The position numbers and the translations under genes were made by a program. A DNA stretch of 64,000 nt from contig CAMXSN010000002.1 of NCBI GenBank assembly GCA_947246685.1, positions 21,485-85,484 of the forward strand. The letters are read 5' to 3'. Under the pieces are notes generated by a model that ran no database searches, was not told the DNA's origin, and saw only the letters and a program-made list of their open reading frames with translations. This document shows positions 37,026 to 47,103 of this stretch, one piece after another (positions within the stretch are counted from its first letter, which is position 1; each line of letters starts with the position of its first letter). This DNA comes from an uncultured Clostridia bacterium. GTDB lineage: Bacteria; Bacillota; Clostridia; Christensenellales; UBA3700.

Positions 37026-38642
37026 ATGAACAAATATAAAAGACTGATTTCCAACTCAATAATTTTTGCGTTAGGCAACCTTACTGTTAAGGCGGCTCAG
37101 TTTTTTATACTTCCCATACTGACCAAATATCTTTTGGAGAGTCAATACGGAATTACAGATAACGTGGTTACCACTATTTCCGACTTATTCATGCCGATAC
37201 TGACGCTGGGACTTGCCGAAGCGTTGTTTAGATTTGCCGTGGATAAAAAATATTCTCCAAGCGAAATAATCACCAATTCTTTTACCATAGTGTTTTTTGG
37301 CATTATCGTATTTGCTATCGGCGACGTCATATTTTATTTCATTGCCGGCGCGACCAACTCCGGCTATGGAGAGAAGTATTTGCTTTTGCTGATACCGCTG
37401 TTTGCTTTCAAGAGTTTTAAGAATCTTTTGGGGGAATTCACCAGAGGCATAGGCAAGACTGTCAACTATGCGCTGTCGAGTATTATCGAGGCAGGAGTTA
37501 TGCTGTTGGTCGCGTATTTGCTTATCGTATATGCCAAGTTGGGCATCTACGGTTATATAATAGCTCTCATTGCCGCTCCGATAGCGGGAATCGTTTTTCT
37601 TACCGTCACAGTCAACCCATGGAAATTCATCAAAGCTCGCGATTTCAATAAGACGACGCTCAAAGAGATGCTCAGATATTCGGTGCCCAACGTTTCCAAC
37701 AGCATAAGCTGGTGGATAGTGCAGACGTCGGGTAGATACCTGATGGTCTATCTTTCCGTGCTCGCGGTAGCGGGTTTCGGTCAGCATGAAGAACTATACG
37801 AGCAGGCTTGGTCCGTTGCGGGATTGGTTACCGCCGCCAGCAAACTCCCTTCGCTTATCAACGTAGTCAGCAGTATTTTTCTGCAGGCGTGGTCGCTTTC
37901 TTCGGCGCAGGAGAGCGAGAGCAGCGACCGAGAACAATTCTACAGCACTGTTTTCAAATACTATTCGCCCGTAATTTTTATGGCAACGGCGGCAGTTATA
38001 TTGATTTTGCCTTATATATCAAAGTTTCTGCTTAAAGAGGGATTTTATAGAGCGTGGACGTATTCTCCCATATTGATCATGGGGGCGGTGTCGGGATGTT
38101 TTTCGGCGTTTTTCGGCGCGTTTTTCGGCGCTTATTATAAGTCGAAATACAGCATGTACACGACTTTTATAGGCGCGGGCGTCAACTTGCTGACGTGTTG
38201 CGTCTTTATGCCGATAGTCGCAAAATACAGCGGTATGGACAACGTGGTTTATGTTTCTATTATTGCGTTTTGGCTGAGTTACACAGTTATATTCTTGACG
38301 CGAGTTTTATTTGCGAGAAAACTTGTCAAGATCAGCGCCGATTGGATCAAATTCGCAATTCAATATTTGCTACTTATGGGACTGGCGGCAATATATACCG
38401 TCGATGTCAAATACAAAATAGTTGCGGCGGTTTCCGTATTGCTTATTATTTTTATTGTCAATATCAAAGAGATGGTATTCGTACTGAAGAAGTTTATTGA
38501 CATTCTCAGACGTAAACTTCAAAAAACGGATAACAGTGGTGCACCTAAAGCAGAAATTGCTAGCATTGACACTGACAAATGTAATATAATCGAAGAAAAC
38601 ATTGATAGTACTGAAAACGAGGTAAATGATGAACAAAATTAA
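37026..38642 (+). CDS. Wzx-type polysaccharide flippase (MOP superfamily)
   Basis: 538 aa with about 12-14 TM segments. The N-terminus MNKYKRLISNSIIFALGNL is typical of polysaccharide-biosynthesis flippases. Confidence 0.85.
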   Translation: MNKYKRLISNSIIFALGNLTVKAAQFFILPILTKYLLESQYGITDNVVTTISDLFMPILTLGLAEALFRFAVDKKYSPSEIITNSFTIVFFGIIVFAIGDVIFYFIAGATNSGYGEKYLLLLIPLFAFKSFKNLLGEFTRGIGKTVNYALSSIIEAGVMLLVAYLLIVYAKLGIYGYIIALIAAPIAGIVFLTVTVNPWKFIKARDFNKTTLKEMLRYSVPNVSNSISWWIVQTSGRYLMVYLSVLAVAGFGQHEELYEQAWSVAGLVTAASKLPSLINVVSSIFLQAWSLSSAQESESSDREQFYSTVFKYYSPVIFMATAAVILILPYISKFLLKEGFYRAWTYSPILIMGAVSGCFSAFFGAFFGAYYKSKYSMYTTFIGAGVNLLTCCVFMPIVAKYSGMDNVVYVSIIAFWLSYTVIFLTRVLFARKLVKISADWIKFAIQYLLLMGLAAIYTVDVKYKIVAAVSVLLIIFIVNIKEMVFVLKKFIDILRRKLQKTDNSGAPKAEIASIDTDKCNIIEENIDSTENEVNDEQN

Positions 38643-39765
38643 TTTGATTACTTTCTTTAATAAACTTATGCCGAAATATAAGCGTAAAGTTGTTTTTTAC
38701 GGCAGAACGCGTTATGACGGCAACAATCATGCTCTTGCTCAGTATATGATAAACAACGGATACAATGAAAAGTATAAAATCTATCTGGTCGTATCCAATG
38801 ACGACGATTTGGTTTTTTACAAAAATATAAAAAACGTTTATCCGGTAAAAGGCGCGATTGCGGGGGCTTATCACACTCTTACGGCAAAGTATATTTTTCA
38901 TTGTTACGGTATGGGCAAAATGTCGTCGAGAATTCCTCGCAGGCAAATTGTTTTTGATCTATGGCACGGAATCGGGCTTAAAGCTTTGAGCGACGTGTCT
39001 GACAGTGGCTATAATTTGCGGTCTACTTATATATTGGCAACTTGTGATTACGGTAAAAATTATTTTATGAAATGCTTCGGTTATAAATCCGAACAGTTTT
39101 ATATGGGCGGTTATCCGCGTTGCGAACAGCTTTTTTCCCAAGAAGATGCGCTTAATAAATTTGGTATTGACAAATCTTCTTATTCTAAAATAGTCCTATA
39201 TATGCCGACTTTCAGAAAAGCCAAACAATTCGGATACGATGATTCTGTATTGGAATTTCCTTTGTTCGACGTACAGAAACTCAATGAATTCAACGACTAT
39301 CTCGCGCAAAAGAATGTACTTTTTATTATCAAACCGCATCCTGCGCAGGATAATTTGGAAATACTGAATTTCAGTTCGTCCAATATAAAAATTATCAAGA
39401 ATATGGATTTGCTGAATAAGAAAATAATGCTTTACAGTTTAGTCGGGCAGTCAGATATATTGATTACCGATTATTCGTCGATATATTTTGACTATTTGCT
39501 TACGCAGAAGCCTATAGGATTCGTTATTGACGACATAGATTCTTACGGTGACAGGAGAGGATTTGTTGTGGAGAACCCCGAGGACTATATGGCGGGGGAA
39601 AAGATTAAAAATGTTGAGGAACTACAAAATTTTCTTGATACCATTTTAGACGGCGAAGACAAATGGAAGGAAAAGCGTCGCGAAATTAACCATTTGATGA
39701 ATACGGATCGGAGTATGGAGTTTAGTAAAAAAATACTTGATTTTGTGGGAATTAAAAAGGAGTAA
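38626..39765 (+). CDS. CDP-glycerol/CDP-ribitol poly(alditol phosphate) transferase, TagB/TagF family
   Basis: 379 aa with motifs LYMPTFRK, IKPHPAQ and ITDYSSIYFDYLL. Confidence 0.85.
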   Translation: MMNKINLITFFNKLMPKYKRKVVFYGRTRYDGNNHALAQYMINNGYNEKYKIYLVVSNDDDLVFYKNIKNVYPVKGAIAGAYHTLTAKYIFHCYGMGKMSSRIPRRQIVFDLWHGIGLKALSDVSDSGYNLRSTYILATCDYGKNYFMKCFGYKSEQFYMGGYPRCEQLFSQEDALNKFGIDKSSYSKIVLYMPTFRKAKQFGYDDSVLEFPLFDVQKLNEFNDYLAQKNVLFIIKPHPAQDNLEILNFSSSNIKIIKNMDLLNKKIMLYSLVGQSDILITDYSSIYFDYLLTQKPIGFVIDDIDSYGDRRGFVVENPEDYMAGEKIKNVEELQNFLDTILDGEDKWKEKRREINHLMNTDRSMEFSKKILDFVGIKKE

Positions 39766-39768
39766 CAT

Positions 39769-40407
39769 ATGGACATAGCAGTAGTTTTAGCTGGAGGGGT
39801 AGGAAGTCGTTATGGCGGAGATACTCCCAAGCAGTATTGTACGATTAATGGTAAAGAGGTTATTAGTTATGCTATTCGCGAGGCGCGAAAAAGCTCATTG
39901 ACTGATAAAGTAATTGTCGTGTGCGATAAGATGTATCAAAAAAGAATCCGTGATTGTTATAAAGTTGAGGTGTGCGACGGCGGAAGGAGTAGAAATCAAT
40001 CTGTCTCAAACGCTTTAGAATATATAGTATCAAGAGGTTATCAATGCAATAAAATAATATTTTTGGATTCGGCAAGGCCTATGATAAAGGCCTCATATAT
40101 AGATTCTTGTATGAATAAGCTGGATGAATACGATTGCGTAATAACTGCTCAGAAAATTGTAGATAGCTTGGGACGTTACGGAAAGATAAGCGTGGACAGA
40201 GAAAATTATTATCTTATACAGACTCCCGAGGCGTTTAAGTTCGATGTTTTCTGTAAAAATTTCGATAAGAATTCGACCAACACGGCGCTTTGTCAGTTTA
40301 TGCCCAGCGCAGATATGATCTATCAGAATTTCGGAATGAAACAGAATTTTAAGATTACGTATCAAGGTGATTTGGAGTATATAGCGCAGTTTTTAGAGAA
40401 CAATTGA
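39769..40407 (+). CDS. IspD/TarI-type cytidylyltransferase
   Basis: 212 aa. N-terminus VLAGGVGSRYGGDTPKQY. Confidence 0.85.
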   Translation: MDIAVVLAGGVGSRYGGDTPKQYCTINGKEVISYAIREARKSSLTDKVIVVCDKMYQKRIRDCYKVEVCDGGRSRNQSVSNALEYIVSRGYQCNKIIFLDSARPMIKASYIDSCMNKLDEYDCVITAQKIVDSLGRYGKISVDRENYYLIQTPEAFKFDVFCKNFDKNSTNTALCQFMPSADMIYQNFGMKQNFKITYQGDLEYIAQFLENN

Positions 40408-40419
40408 AAAGGAGATATT

Positions 40420-41706
40420 ATGAATATAGGCGTAATTCTAGCTGCCGGAGATAGCAAACGTTTTGGCGGTTATATGCACAAACAGTATCTGAAACTTAAC
40501 GGTGTTGAAGTAGTAGGTTACAGCATCAGAGCTATGAAAGCGTGCGAGAGCATTGATGAAGTAATACTCGTCGTTGATAAAGAAGAATATGAGTCTAGTT
40601 ATATTTCCGGAAAATATGGTGTGGTATGTGTGCTTGGCGGGGATACACGAAATCGCTCTGTATTCAATGCTTTGGAATATATTAGAGAGACTTATGCGAA
40701 TTGCGAGAAAGTCATTTTTCACGATAGTGTGCGTCCGTTAATCACGTCTAATAAGTTATCCGATATTATAAATTGCTTGGATGAATATGACGCAGTAGTA
40801 ACTAGCGATACTATAAATGACGCATTGTCGTACTGCAACTACAATAATGCGGAAAGAGACAGCTTTATACTCATTCAGGCTCCAGAGGGGTTCAGGTTTT
40901 CGATTTTAGATAAGTTTGAACCCAAAAGTAACAGTATGTCAATAGTAAGTCAAGTTAGTAATTGTCGCATCAAAAGCTTACGCTCTAACATATTCAATAT
41001 GAAAATAACGTATCCTGAAGATTTGTTTATTGCAGAGCAGTTGATGAGACTCAATTATTACAGTGTTAATCATAACGATTCTTTCTTGCGCGCAGCCAAT
41101 CCCGAGAGAGTATTGTTGCTCGGGGGTTCGGGAGGGATAGGTTTGGCGCTTAAAGAATATTTTGAGGCAAACAGTATAGATTACAGAGCACCATCTCATA
41201 GAGAGCTTGACTTGTCACAATTGTCGGTTGCCAAGTTGCAAGAATATTGCAGCGATTTTATACCCGACGCAATCATTAATGCTGCAGCTGTTTATTATGA
41301 CGATACTGCGGGATTAACTCAAACTTTCGACGATATTTTTTCTGTAAACGTTAAGGCTAACGAATATTTAATAGAATATGCCGAGACGTTGGGAAAGAAA
41401 GTAAATCTTGTGCTGCTGAGCAGTTCTTCATCCACAAAAGGCAGAGAGAATCTTACAAATTATTCGGCAGCAAAATCCGCGCTCAATAGTATAGTTGAGT
41501 CTCAGGCAAAGACTTTGGCGAGTAGGAATATATATATTAATGCTGTTATTCCTGAAAAGGTCAATACTCCTTTGATAGCTAAGCTTCATAAGACAAAAAT
41601 TAATTTGAGAGAGTTGCTTGAACCAAAGGACGTTATTAACGCCATTATGTATTTTTCGGTATCAAAAGAATACGGGCAACTTGTGCATATAAGAAAGGGA
41701 TTATAA
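40420..41706 (+). CDS. bifunctional cytidylyltransferase + short-chain dehydrogenase (Bcs1/Acs1-like CDP-ribitol synthase architecture)
   Basis: 428 aa. N-terminus ILAAGDSKRFGGYMHKQYL. The C-terminal half has the SDR Rossmann motif LLLGGSGGIGLAL and the catalytic YSAAKSAL (YxxxK). Confidence 0.8.
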   Translation: MNIGVILAAGDSKRFGGYMHKQYLKLNGVEVVGYSIRAMKACESIDEVILVVDKEEYESSYISGKYGVVCVLGGDTRNRSVFNALEYIRETYANCEKVIFHDSVRPLITSNKLSDIINCLDEYDAVVTSDTINDALSYCNYNNAERDSFILIQAPEGFRFSILDKFEPKSNSMSIVSQVSNCRIKSLRSNIFNMKITYPEDLFIAEQLMRLNYYSVNHNDSFLRAANPERVLLLGGSGGIGLALKEYFEANSIDYRAPSHRELDLSQLSVAKLQEYCSDFIPDAIINAAAVYYDDTAGLTQTFDDIFSVNVKANEYLIEYAETLGKKVNLVLLSSSSSTKGRENLTNYSAAKSALNSIVESQAKTLASRNIYINAVIPEKVNTPLIAKLHKTKINLRELLEPKDVINAIMYFSVSKEYGQLVHIRKGL

Positions 41707-41790
41707 TTATCATACTTTCAATTCTAATACCTCAGTTATAAATGTGCGACACATTTTTTGATTATTGATAATCTTAAATGCGATGCGACG

Positions 41791-42289
<499 letters not shown>

Positions 42290-42329
42290 CTTTTATTTAG
42301 CGTAAAGAAAATTATAAAGGAGAAATATA

Positions 42330-43345
42330 ATGGATAAATTGTTAAGCGTTATCATACCCGTTCACAACAGTCAAGACACAATCGACCGATGCGTTGAGAG
42401 CGTGCTCAATCAGACGTATTCTAATATTGAGGTAATTCTGGTTGAGAACGGGTCTACGGATTCAACGTATCAGAAGTGTATTGAATGGCAGAATCGCGAC
42501 GGCAGAATTAAAGTTGCGATTTCCGATAAAGGGGTTTCCAAGGCGAGAAATTTAGGTTTGAATATGGCAGAGGGCGATTATTTTGCATTTGTCGATTCGG
42601 ATGACTATCTCGACGTTGAGACTTATGAAAAATGTTTTGACGCAATCGTTTCCGGCGATGAGGACATGGTCTATTTTGAGACTAATAGCGTCTTCGGGGG
42701 GGGGGGCATATCGTCTCGTTGAATGAAAAAAATATCGACGATTTAGTTTATAATAAAAATATAAAATACTTCTTTTGCAACGGCAATGAATCGATAAGAG
42801 GCGGCGTCATAAGAAGTATTTTTTTATCGGAAAAATTCAAAGACGTGAGATTCAACGAACGTATGTGTTTTAGCGAAGACCTATTGTTTCATTTGGAATG
42901 TTTGAATAAGTCGGAAAAGCGAGTGCTTTTGCACAAGCCGTTTTATTATAACGTAAATAACTATGACAAACCGCATGCTTTTGCGATTAAATATTACAAT
43001 AGAGAAAACTTTCTCGGCGTAAGAAAGATTCTTTTGGAAAGTCAATCCGATATGCTGATTGCCAATTTAGGAATAGATGTGTTTGAGGCTATTAAGTTCG
43101 GAGATTTAATTTTTTATATTAATTCCATAATAGTAAATGAAAAAAAGTACGTTAAAAAAATCAAAGAATTTTTGAGCGATCCTTTTTGGCGGCAAGCGTA
43201 CAATAGAAAAAATTATAAATTATATTGCAAACATATTAATTACAATAGCGGCAAATCTTATAGGATTCAAGCGTTTCTGATAGTGCATAAGATGTATAGA
43301 CTGTATTCTTTGGCTATGAAAGTATATGAGCGAAAATTCAAATAA
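42330..43345 (+). pseudogene. glycosyltransferase family 2, split by a frameshift at a G11 tract
   Basis: The N-terminal ORF (LSVIIPVHNS...LNQTY...AFVDSDDYL) stops 13 nt after the G tract. The downstream ORF continues in the +1 frame. G12 or G9 would give one ORF of 337-338 aa. Confidence 0.75.
42696..42706. repeat. G11 homopolymer inside the GT2 coding sequence
   Basis: Read directly: TCTTC-GGGGGGGGGGG-CATATC. Confidence 0.95.
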
Positions 43346-43547
43346 TCTTACGAGTCTTTATTTGGGGTGCGATAAAATTGTAAATTTTTGTGTCAACTGA
43401 CTAAAATTTACGAAATTAATATAAACAAAAATTTTTTAATTGTTATATTATTAACTATTGACACATATTTTACATTGTGCTATATTAATATCAAGCAAAG
43501 TTTTTGCGTAGCGCAATTACTTGGCAAAAAACTTTTTTGGAGGGGCT

Positions 43548-43811
43548 ATGAAAAGTAAAGTTACAGCCGGAGTTCTTGCATTGTTGCTCGGCGCATGGGG
43601 TGTTCACAAATTCTATCTCGGCAAGGTTGGTATGGGTATTCTCTATATCTTGTTCTGCTGGACCGGAATTCCGTCAATCATCGCTTTGATTGAAGGAATT
43701 ATGTATTTGGTATCCGATGACGAAACTTTCCAGGTTAAGTACTGCGGTATGCCGCCGAAGTCTCAATCTGACGAAAGCACAAAAGACGATAGCGATATTA
43801 AGATCGACTAA
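43548..43811 (+). CDS. TM2-domain membrane protein
   Basis: I chose the start at MKSKVTAG after GGAGGGG. Contains AGVLALLLGAWGVHKFYLGKVGMGILYILFCWTGIPSIIALIEG, which is characteristic of the TM2 domain. Confidence 0.8.
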   Translation: MKSKVTAGVLALLLGAWGVHKFYLGKVGMGILYILFCWTGIPSIIALIEGIMYLVSDDETFQVKYCGMPPKSQSDESTKDDSDIKID

Positions 43812-43857
43812 TCGTTCATATCAATAAGTTCTTAAGAAATTCTATTGATTAAAAAAA

Positions 43858-43881
43858 GGCAGAGTGATCTGCCGTTTTTTT
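43858..43881 (+). terminator. rho-independent terminator (A-tract upstream, so possibly bidirectional)
   Basis: AAAAAAA-GGCAGA-gtga-TCTGCC-GTTTTTTT. Confidence 0.7.
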
Positions 43882-44080
43882 ATGTCTACCGTAGTTTTAT
43901 TTAATTAATGTTATAAATCGTTTATTTAACGTATATGATTTTTATCTCTATGCTTTTTAATATTAATAAGCATCTTCGGCTATGCTTAGAATGACTTGAC
44001 TTAAAAATTGGCGAGCATCGATCTGTTGTCCTGAGCCTAATAGAGCGTCGTTGCTAATATGACGTTGTCTATACTAATAA

Positions 44081-44111
44081 ATATGGACAAAACGGCATAA
44101 TATGGACAAAA
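44081..44111. repeat. direct repeat ATATGGACAAAA x2 upstream of the iol operon
   Basis: Copies at 44081-44092 and 44100-44111, read directly. Confidence 0.9.
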
Positions 44112-44269
44112 TGAAAGAAATCATATTGCCAAATTACTGCTGTGAATTTGATAAAATTGTAAAAATTTAGTGATAAAGCATATTTTATTATTCTCAAATA
44201 TTAATATTTTATAAATCAGGTGGCATATAATATTTATGGAAAAATCGGTAGAAATTTGTTATTTATATA

Positions 44270-44299
44270 TTGACTTTGCGTGTTTTTCGATAGTATAAT
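44270..44299 (+). promoter_or_regulatory. near-consensus sigma-A promoter of the iol operon
   Basis: TTGACT (44270-44275), an 18-nt spacer, then TATAAT (44294-44299). This implies the CDS starts at ATG 44339 (RBS AAGAGG) rather than at 44300. Confidence 0.6.
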
Positions 44300-44338
44300 A
44301 TGAGTATAAAATATACTTACACGCGCATAAGAGGCTTT

Positions 44339-45169
44339 ATGATAGTTACAGGTAGTGAATTGCTCAAAGATTGCAGACGCGGCGGATATGCTGTGCCGGC
44401 GTTTAACGTAGACAATTTGGAGAGTGTTTTGGGCGTGCTGGGCGCAATAGAGAAACTTTCGTTGCCCGCAATAATTCAGACGATTCCGAGGACGCTTAAA
44501 TACGGCGGAATAGGGTCTTATTCTGCGTTGGTAAGGGCAAATTACAAAGGCGGAGCGGATATCTCCATACATCTTGACCATGGCGGAGATTTGGACGTGT
44601 GCAAGAAATGTATTGACGAAGGATACACGTCCGTGATGATAGACGGCTCGGCGTTGCCTTTTGATAAAAACGTGGAGATTACTCGGCAGGCTGTTGAACT
44701 TGCTCACAGGCACGGAGTCAGCGTCGAGGCGGAGCTTGGCGCAATAGGCGGCAAGGAAGAAACGGAATCGCAGATCAAGTATACCGAGGTGAACGAGGCG
44801 GTCGAATTTGTCAAACTGACAGGCGCGGACAGTCTGGCAATAGGCGTAGGCACGGCTCACGGCGTGTATAAAGGAGAGCCGCATATAGCAATAAGCAGAA
44901 TTAAAGAAATCGCCGACGCGGTCGATATCCCTTTGGTGCTTCACGGCGCAAGCGGGCTGTCCGACAGCGTTATCAAAGAGTGCATTAAGGCGGGTATAAG
45001 CAAAATTAACTTTGCCACGCATTTGCGGCAGGCGTTTACGCAAGGTCTTAGAGAAGGGCTGGCAAGCGCAGACGCTACTTTCGATCCGAAGACGTACCTG
45101 CCATATGCGATCAAAGCCGTGCAGGAAGCCGCCGAGGGAATAATAAAACTCTGTCGCGCCCAGGCATAA
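44339..45169 (+). CDS. iolJ: class II aldolase, 6-phospho-5-dehydro-2-deoxy-D-gluconate aldolase (IolJ) by context
   Basis: Class II FBP/tagatose-bisphosphate aldolase motifs (YAVPAFNV, HLDHG, VMIDGS, LVLHGASG). It is the first gene of an iol cluster. Confidence 0.8.
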   Translation: MIVTGSELLKDCRRGGYAVPAFNVDNLESVLGVLGAIEKLSLPAIIQTIPRTLKYGGIGSYSALVRANYKGGADISIHLDHGGDLDVCKKCIDEGYTSVMIDGSALPFDKNVEITRQAVELAHRHGVSVEAELGAIGGKEETESQIKYTEVNEAVEFVKLTGADSLAIGVGTAHGVYKGEPHIAISRIKEIADAVDIPLVLHGASGLSDSVIKECIKAGISKINFATHLRQAFTQGLREGLASADATFDPKTYLPYAIKAVQEAAEGIIKLCRAQA

Positions 45170-45230
45170 CTTAAACGTAAGATATTAATCTAATCAAGTA
45201 TATTCGATTACAACTATAAACGAGGTGAAC

Positions 45231-46247
45231 ATGCAATACGTTGATTTTTCTCAAAACAGAAAATTTGATTTGATAGCAATAGGCAGGATCGCTATTGATT
45301 TTAATCCGTTGGATTATTTCAAGCCCCTTTCACAAAGTCAGCAATACAGAAAGTATCTCGGCGGTTCTCCCGCAAACGTAGCGGTAGGTCTTGCAAGATT
45401 AGGCAAGAAGGTCGGCTTTATAGGCAAGGTATCGGACGATCAGTTCGGAGATTACGTCACGCAATTTTTTGCCAACGAGGGTATTGACGTATCGCGCGTT
45501 ACAAGAGCTCTCAACGGAGAAAAGCTGGGCTTGACGTTTACCGAAATTTTATCTCCTACGGAGAGCAGTATCCTAATGTACAGAGACGGCATTGCCGATT
45601 TGACTTTGTCGCCCGCGGACGTAGACGAAGAATATATTGCGAGCGCAAAGGCGATTCTTATTTCCGGCACGGCGCTAGCTCAAAGTCCTTCGAGGGAGGC
45701 GTGCCTCAAAGCTATGCAACTTGCCGAAAAAAACAATACGAGAATTATATTCGATATAGATTATCGCGCATATAATTGGAAGAGCGCCGATGAAATCGCC
45801 GTATATTATACTGCGGTGGCAGAGCACGCCGACATAATAATGGGGTCCCGCGAGGAATATGATTTGACTCAAGCGATATTTGCGCCGAACTTCGACGACG
45901 ATAAAACGGCAAAATATTGGTTTGGCAAACGCGCGAAGATCGTCATCATCAAACACGGCAAGCAGGGCAGTACCGCGCATACTTGCGACGGACAGAAATA
46001 TAATATCAAATCCTTCCCCGTTAAGGCATTTAAGTCTTTCGGCGGCGGAGACGGATACGGTTCGGCGTTTTTGTACGGACTTTTTGAAGGAAAAGAAATT
46101 ATCGACTGTCTTGAACTCGGATCTGCTTCGGCGTCAATGCTTGTTTCGGCGCACGGCTGTTCGGAATTTATGCCGACCGTTGAGGAATTAGAGAAATTTA
46201 TTAAAGACGAAAAACAAGAATTCGGAGATATGATTGCCAGAGGTTGA
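45231..46247 (+). CDS. iolC: 5-dehydro-2-deoxygluconokinase (PfkB family)
   Basis: About 338 aa with ribokinase-like motifs (GGSPANVAVGLARLG; C-terminal GGGDGYGSAF). iol context. An alternative GTG start lies at 45225. Confidence 0.85.
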   Translation: MQYVDFSQNRKFDLIAIGRIAIDFNPLDYFKPLSQSQQYRKYLGGSPANVAVGLARLGKKVGFIGKVSDDQFGDYVTQFFANEGIDVSRVTRALNGEKLGLTFTEILSPTESSILMYRDGIADLTLSPADVDEEYIASAKAILISGTALAQSPSREACLKAMQLAEKNNTRIIFDIDYRAYNWKSADEIAVYYTAVAEHADIIMGSREEYDLTQAIFAPNFDDDKTAKYWFGKRAKIVIIKHGKQGSTAHTCDGQKYNIKSFPVKAFKSFGGGDGYGSAFLYGLFEGKEIIDCLELGSASASMLVSAHGCSEFMPTVEELEKFIKDEKQEFGDMIARG

Positions 46248-46280
46248 CGCAATCGTAAACAAATATAGGCGGTATGAAAT

Positions 46281-47051
46281 ATGGCTTTTAATTATCCAAA
46301 ATTTAATAAACGCGGCGTAAAAACGCTTGCGAAAATGGACGGCAAAAACAAGGATATGCTTATGGATATCCTCGTTGTCAAAATCGCAAAAGGCGAAAGC
46401 GTTAGCTACGAAGAAAAAGATAAGGAAATGTGCGTGCTCCTCACCGAAGGTTCGGTGGAGATGAGATGCGGAGAACTTGTCGGCAGAGGCGAGCGGAGCG
46501 ACGTATACGGAGATTTGCCCGTAACAATGCACGTGTGCAAGGGAAACGCGCTTACCGTCACTGCTTTGGAAGACAGCGAAATAATATATCTAGCTACTAC
46601 CAACGACAGAATATTCTCCGCGAAATTTTATGATAAAAGCGACGTTATCAGGACAGTGTCCTGCGAGGGGCTTTGGGAAAACACCGCGGTCAGGGACGTT
46701 AACACGGTGTTCGATTATTCCAATGCGCCGTATTCCAATTTGGTAGTGGGAGAAGTCATCGCCCGTCAGGGCAGATGGTGGAGTTATCTGCCTCATTCGC
46801 ATCCGCAGCCCGAAGTATATTATTACAAAATGCCCGCGCCCGAGGCATTTGGAGCGTGTTTTATAGGAGAATTTGAACCGCATACGATAATAGACGGAAG
46901 TGTGGGCTGTTTCCCGGGAGGAAAAACTCACGTTCAGGTCACCGCGCCGGGATATCCTATGTACTGCTGTTGGATGATAAGACATCTTGACGGCAATCCT
47001 TGGGATAAGACAAGAATAGTCGACGAAAGATACGAGTATTGGGAAAAATAA
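46281..47051 (+). CDS. iolB: 5-deoxy-glucuronate isomerase
   Basis: 256 aa, cupin-like. Its size and position between iolC and iolD match IolB. Confidence 0.8.
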   Translation: MAFNYPKFNKRGVKTLAKMDGKNKDMLMDILVVKIAKGESVSYEEKDKEMCVLLTEGSVEMRCGELVGRGERSDVYGDLPVTMHVCKGNALTVTALEDSEIIYLATTNDRIFSAKFYDKSDVIRTVSCEGLWENTAVRDVNTVFDYSNAPYSNLVVGEVIARQGRWWSYLPHSHPQPEVYYYKMPAPEAFGACFIGEFEPHTIIDGSVGCFPGGKTHVQVTAPGYPMYCCWMIRHLDGNPWDKTRIVDERYEYWEK

Positions 47052-47103
47052 CGCTTAAAGCGGAGCAATAAGCAAAATGTATTGAGATAAGGAGCGTAAA
47101 TTA

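Noticed and set aside
44300-44338. Longer iolJ start at ATG 44300 (ORF-track start)
   Set aside because: That ATG immediately follows the -10 hexamer (44294-44299) of the best promoter candidate, so it would precede the transcription start. ATG 44339 has an AAGAGG RBS and gives a standard aldolase N-terminus.
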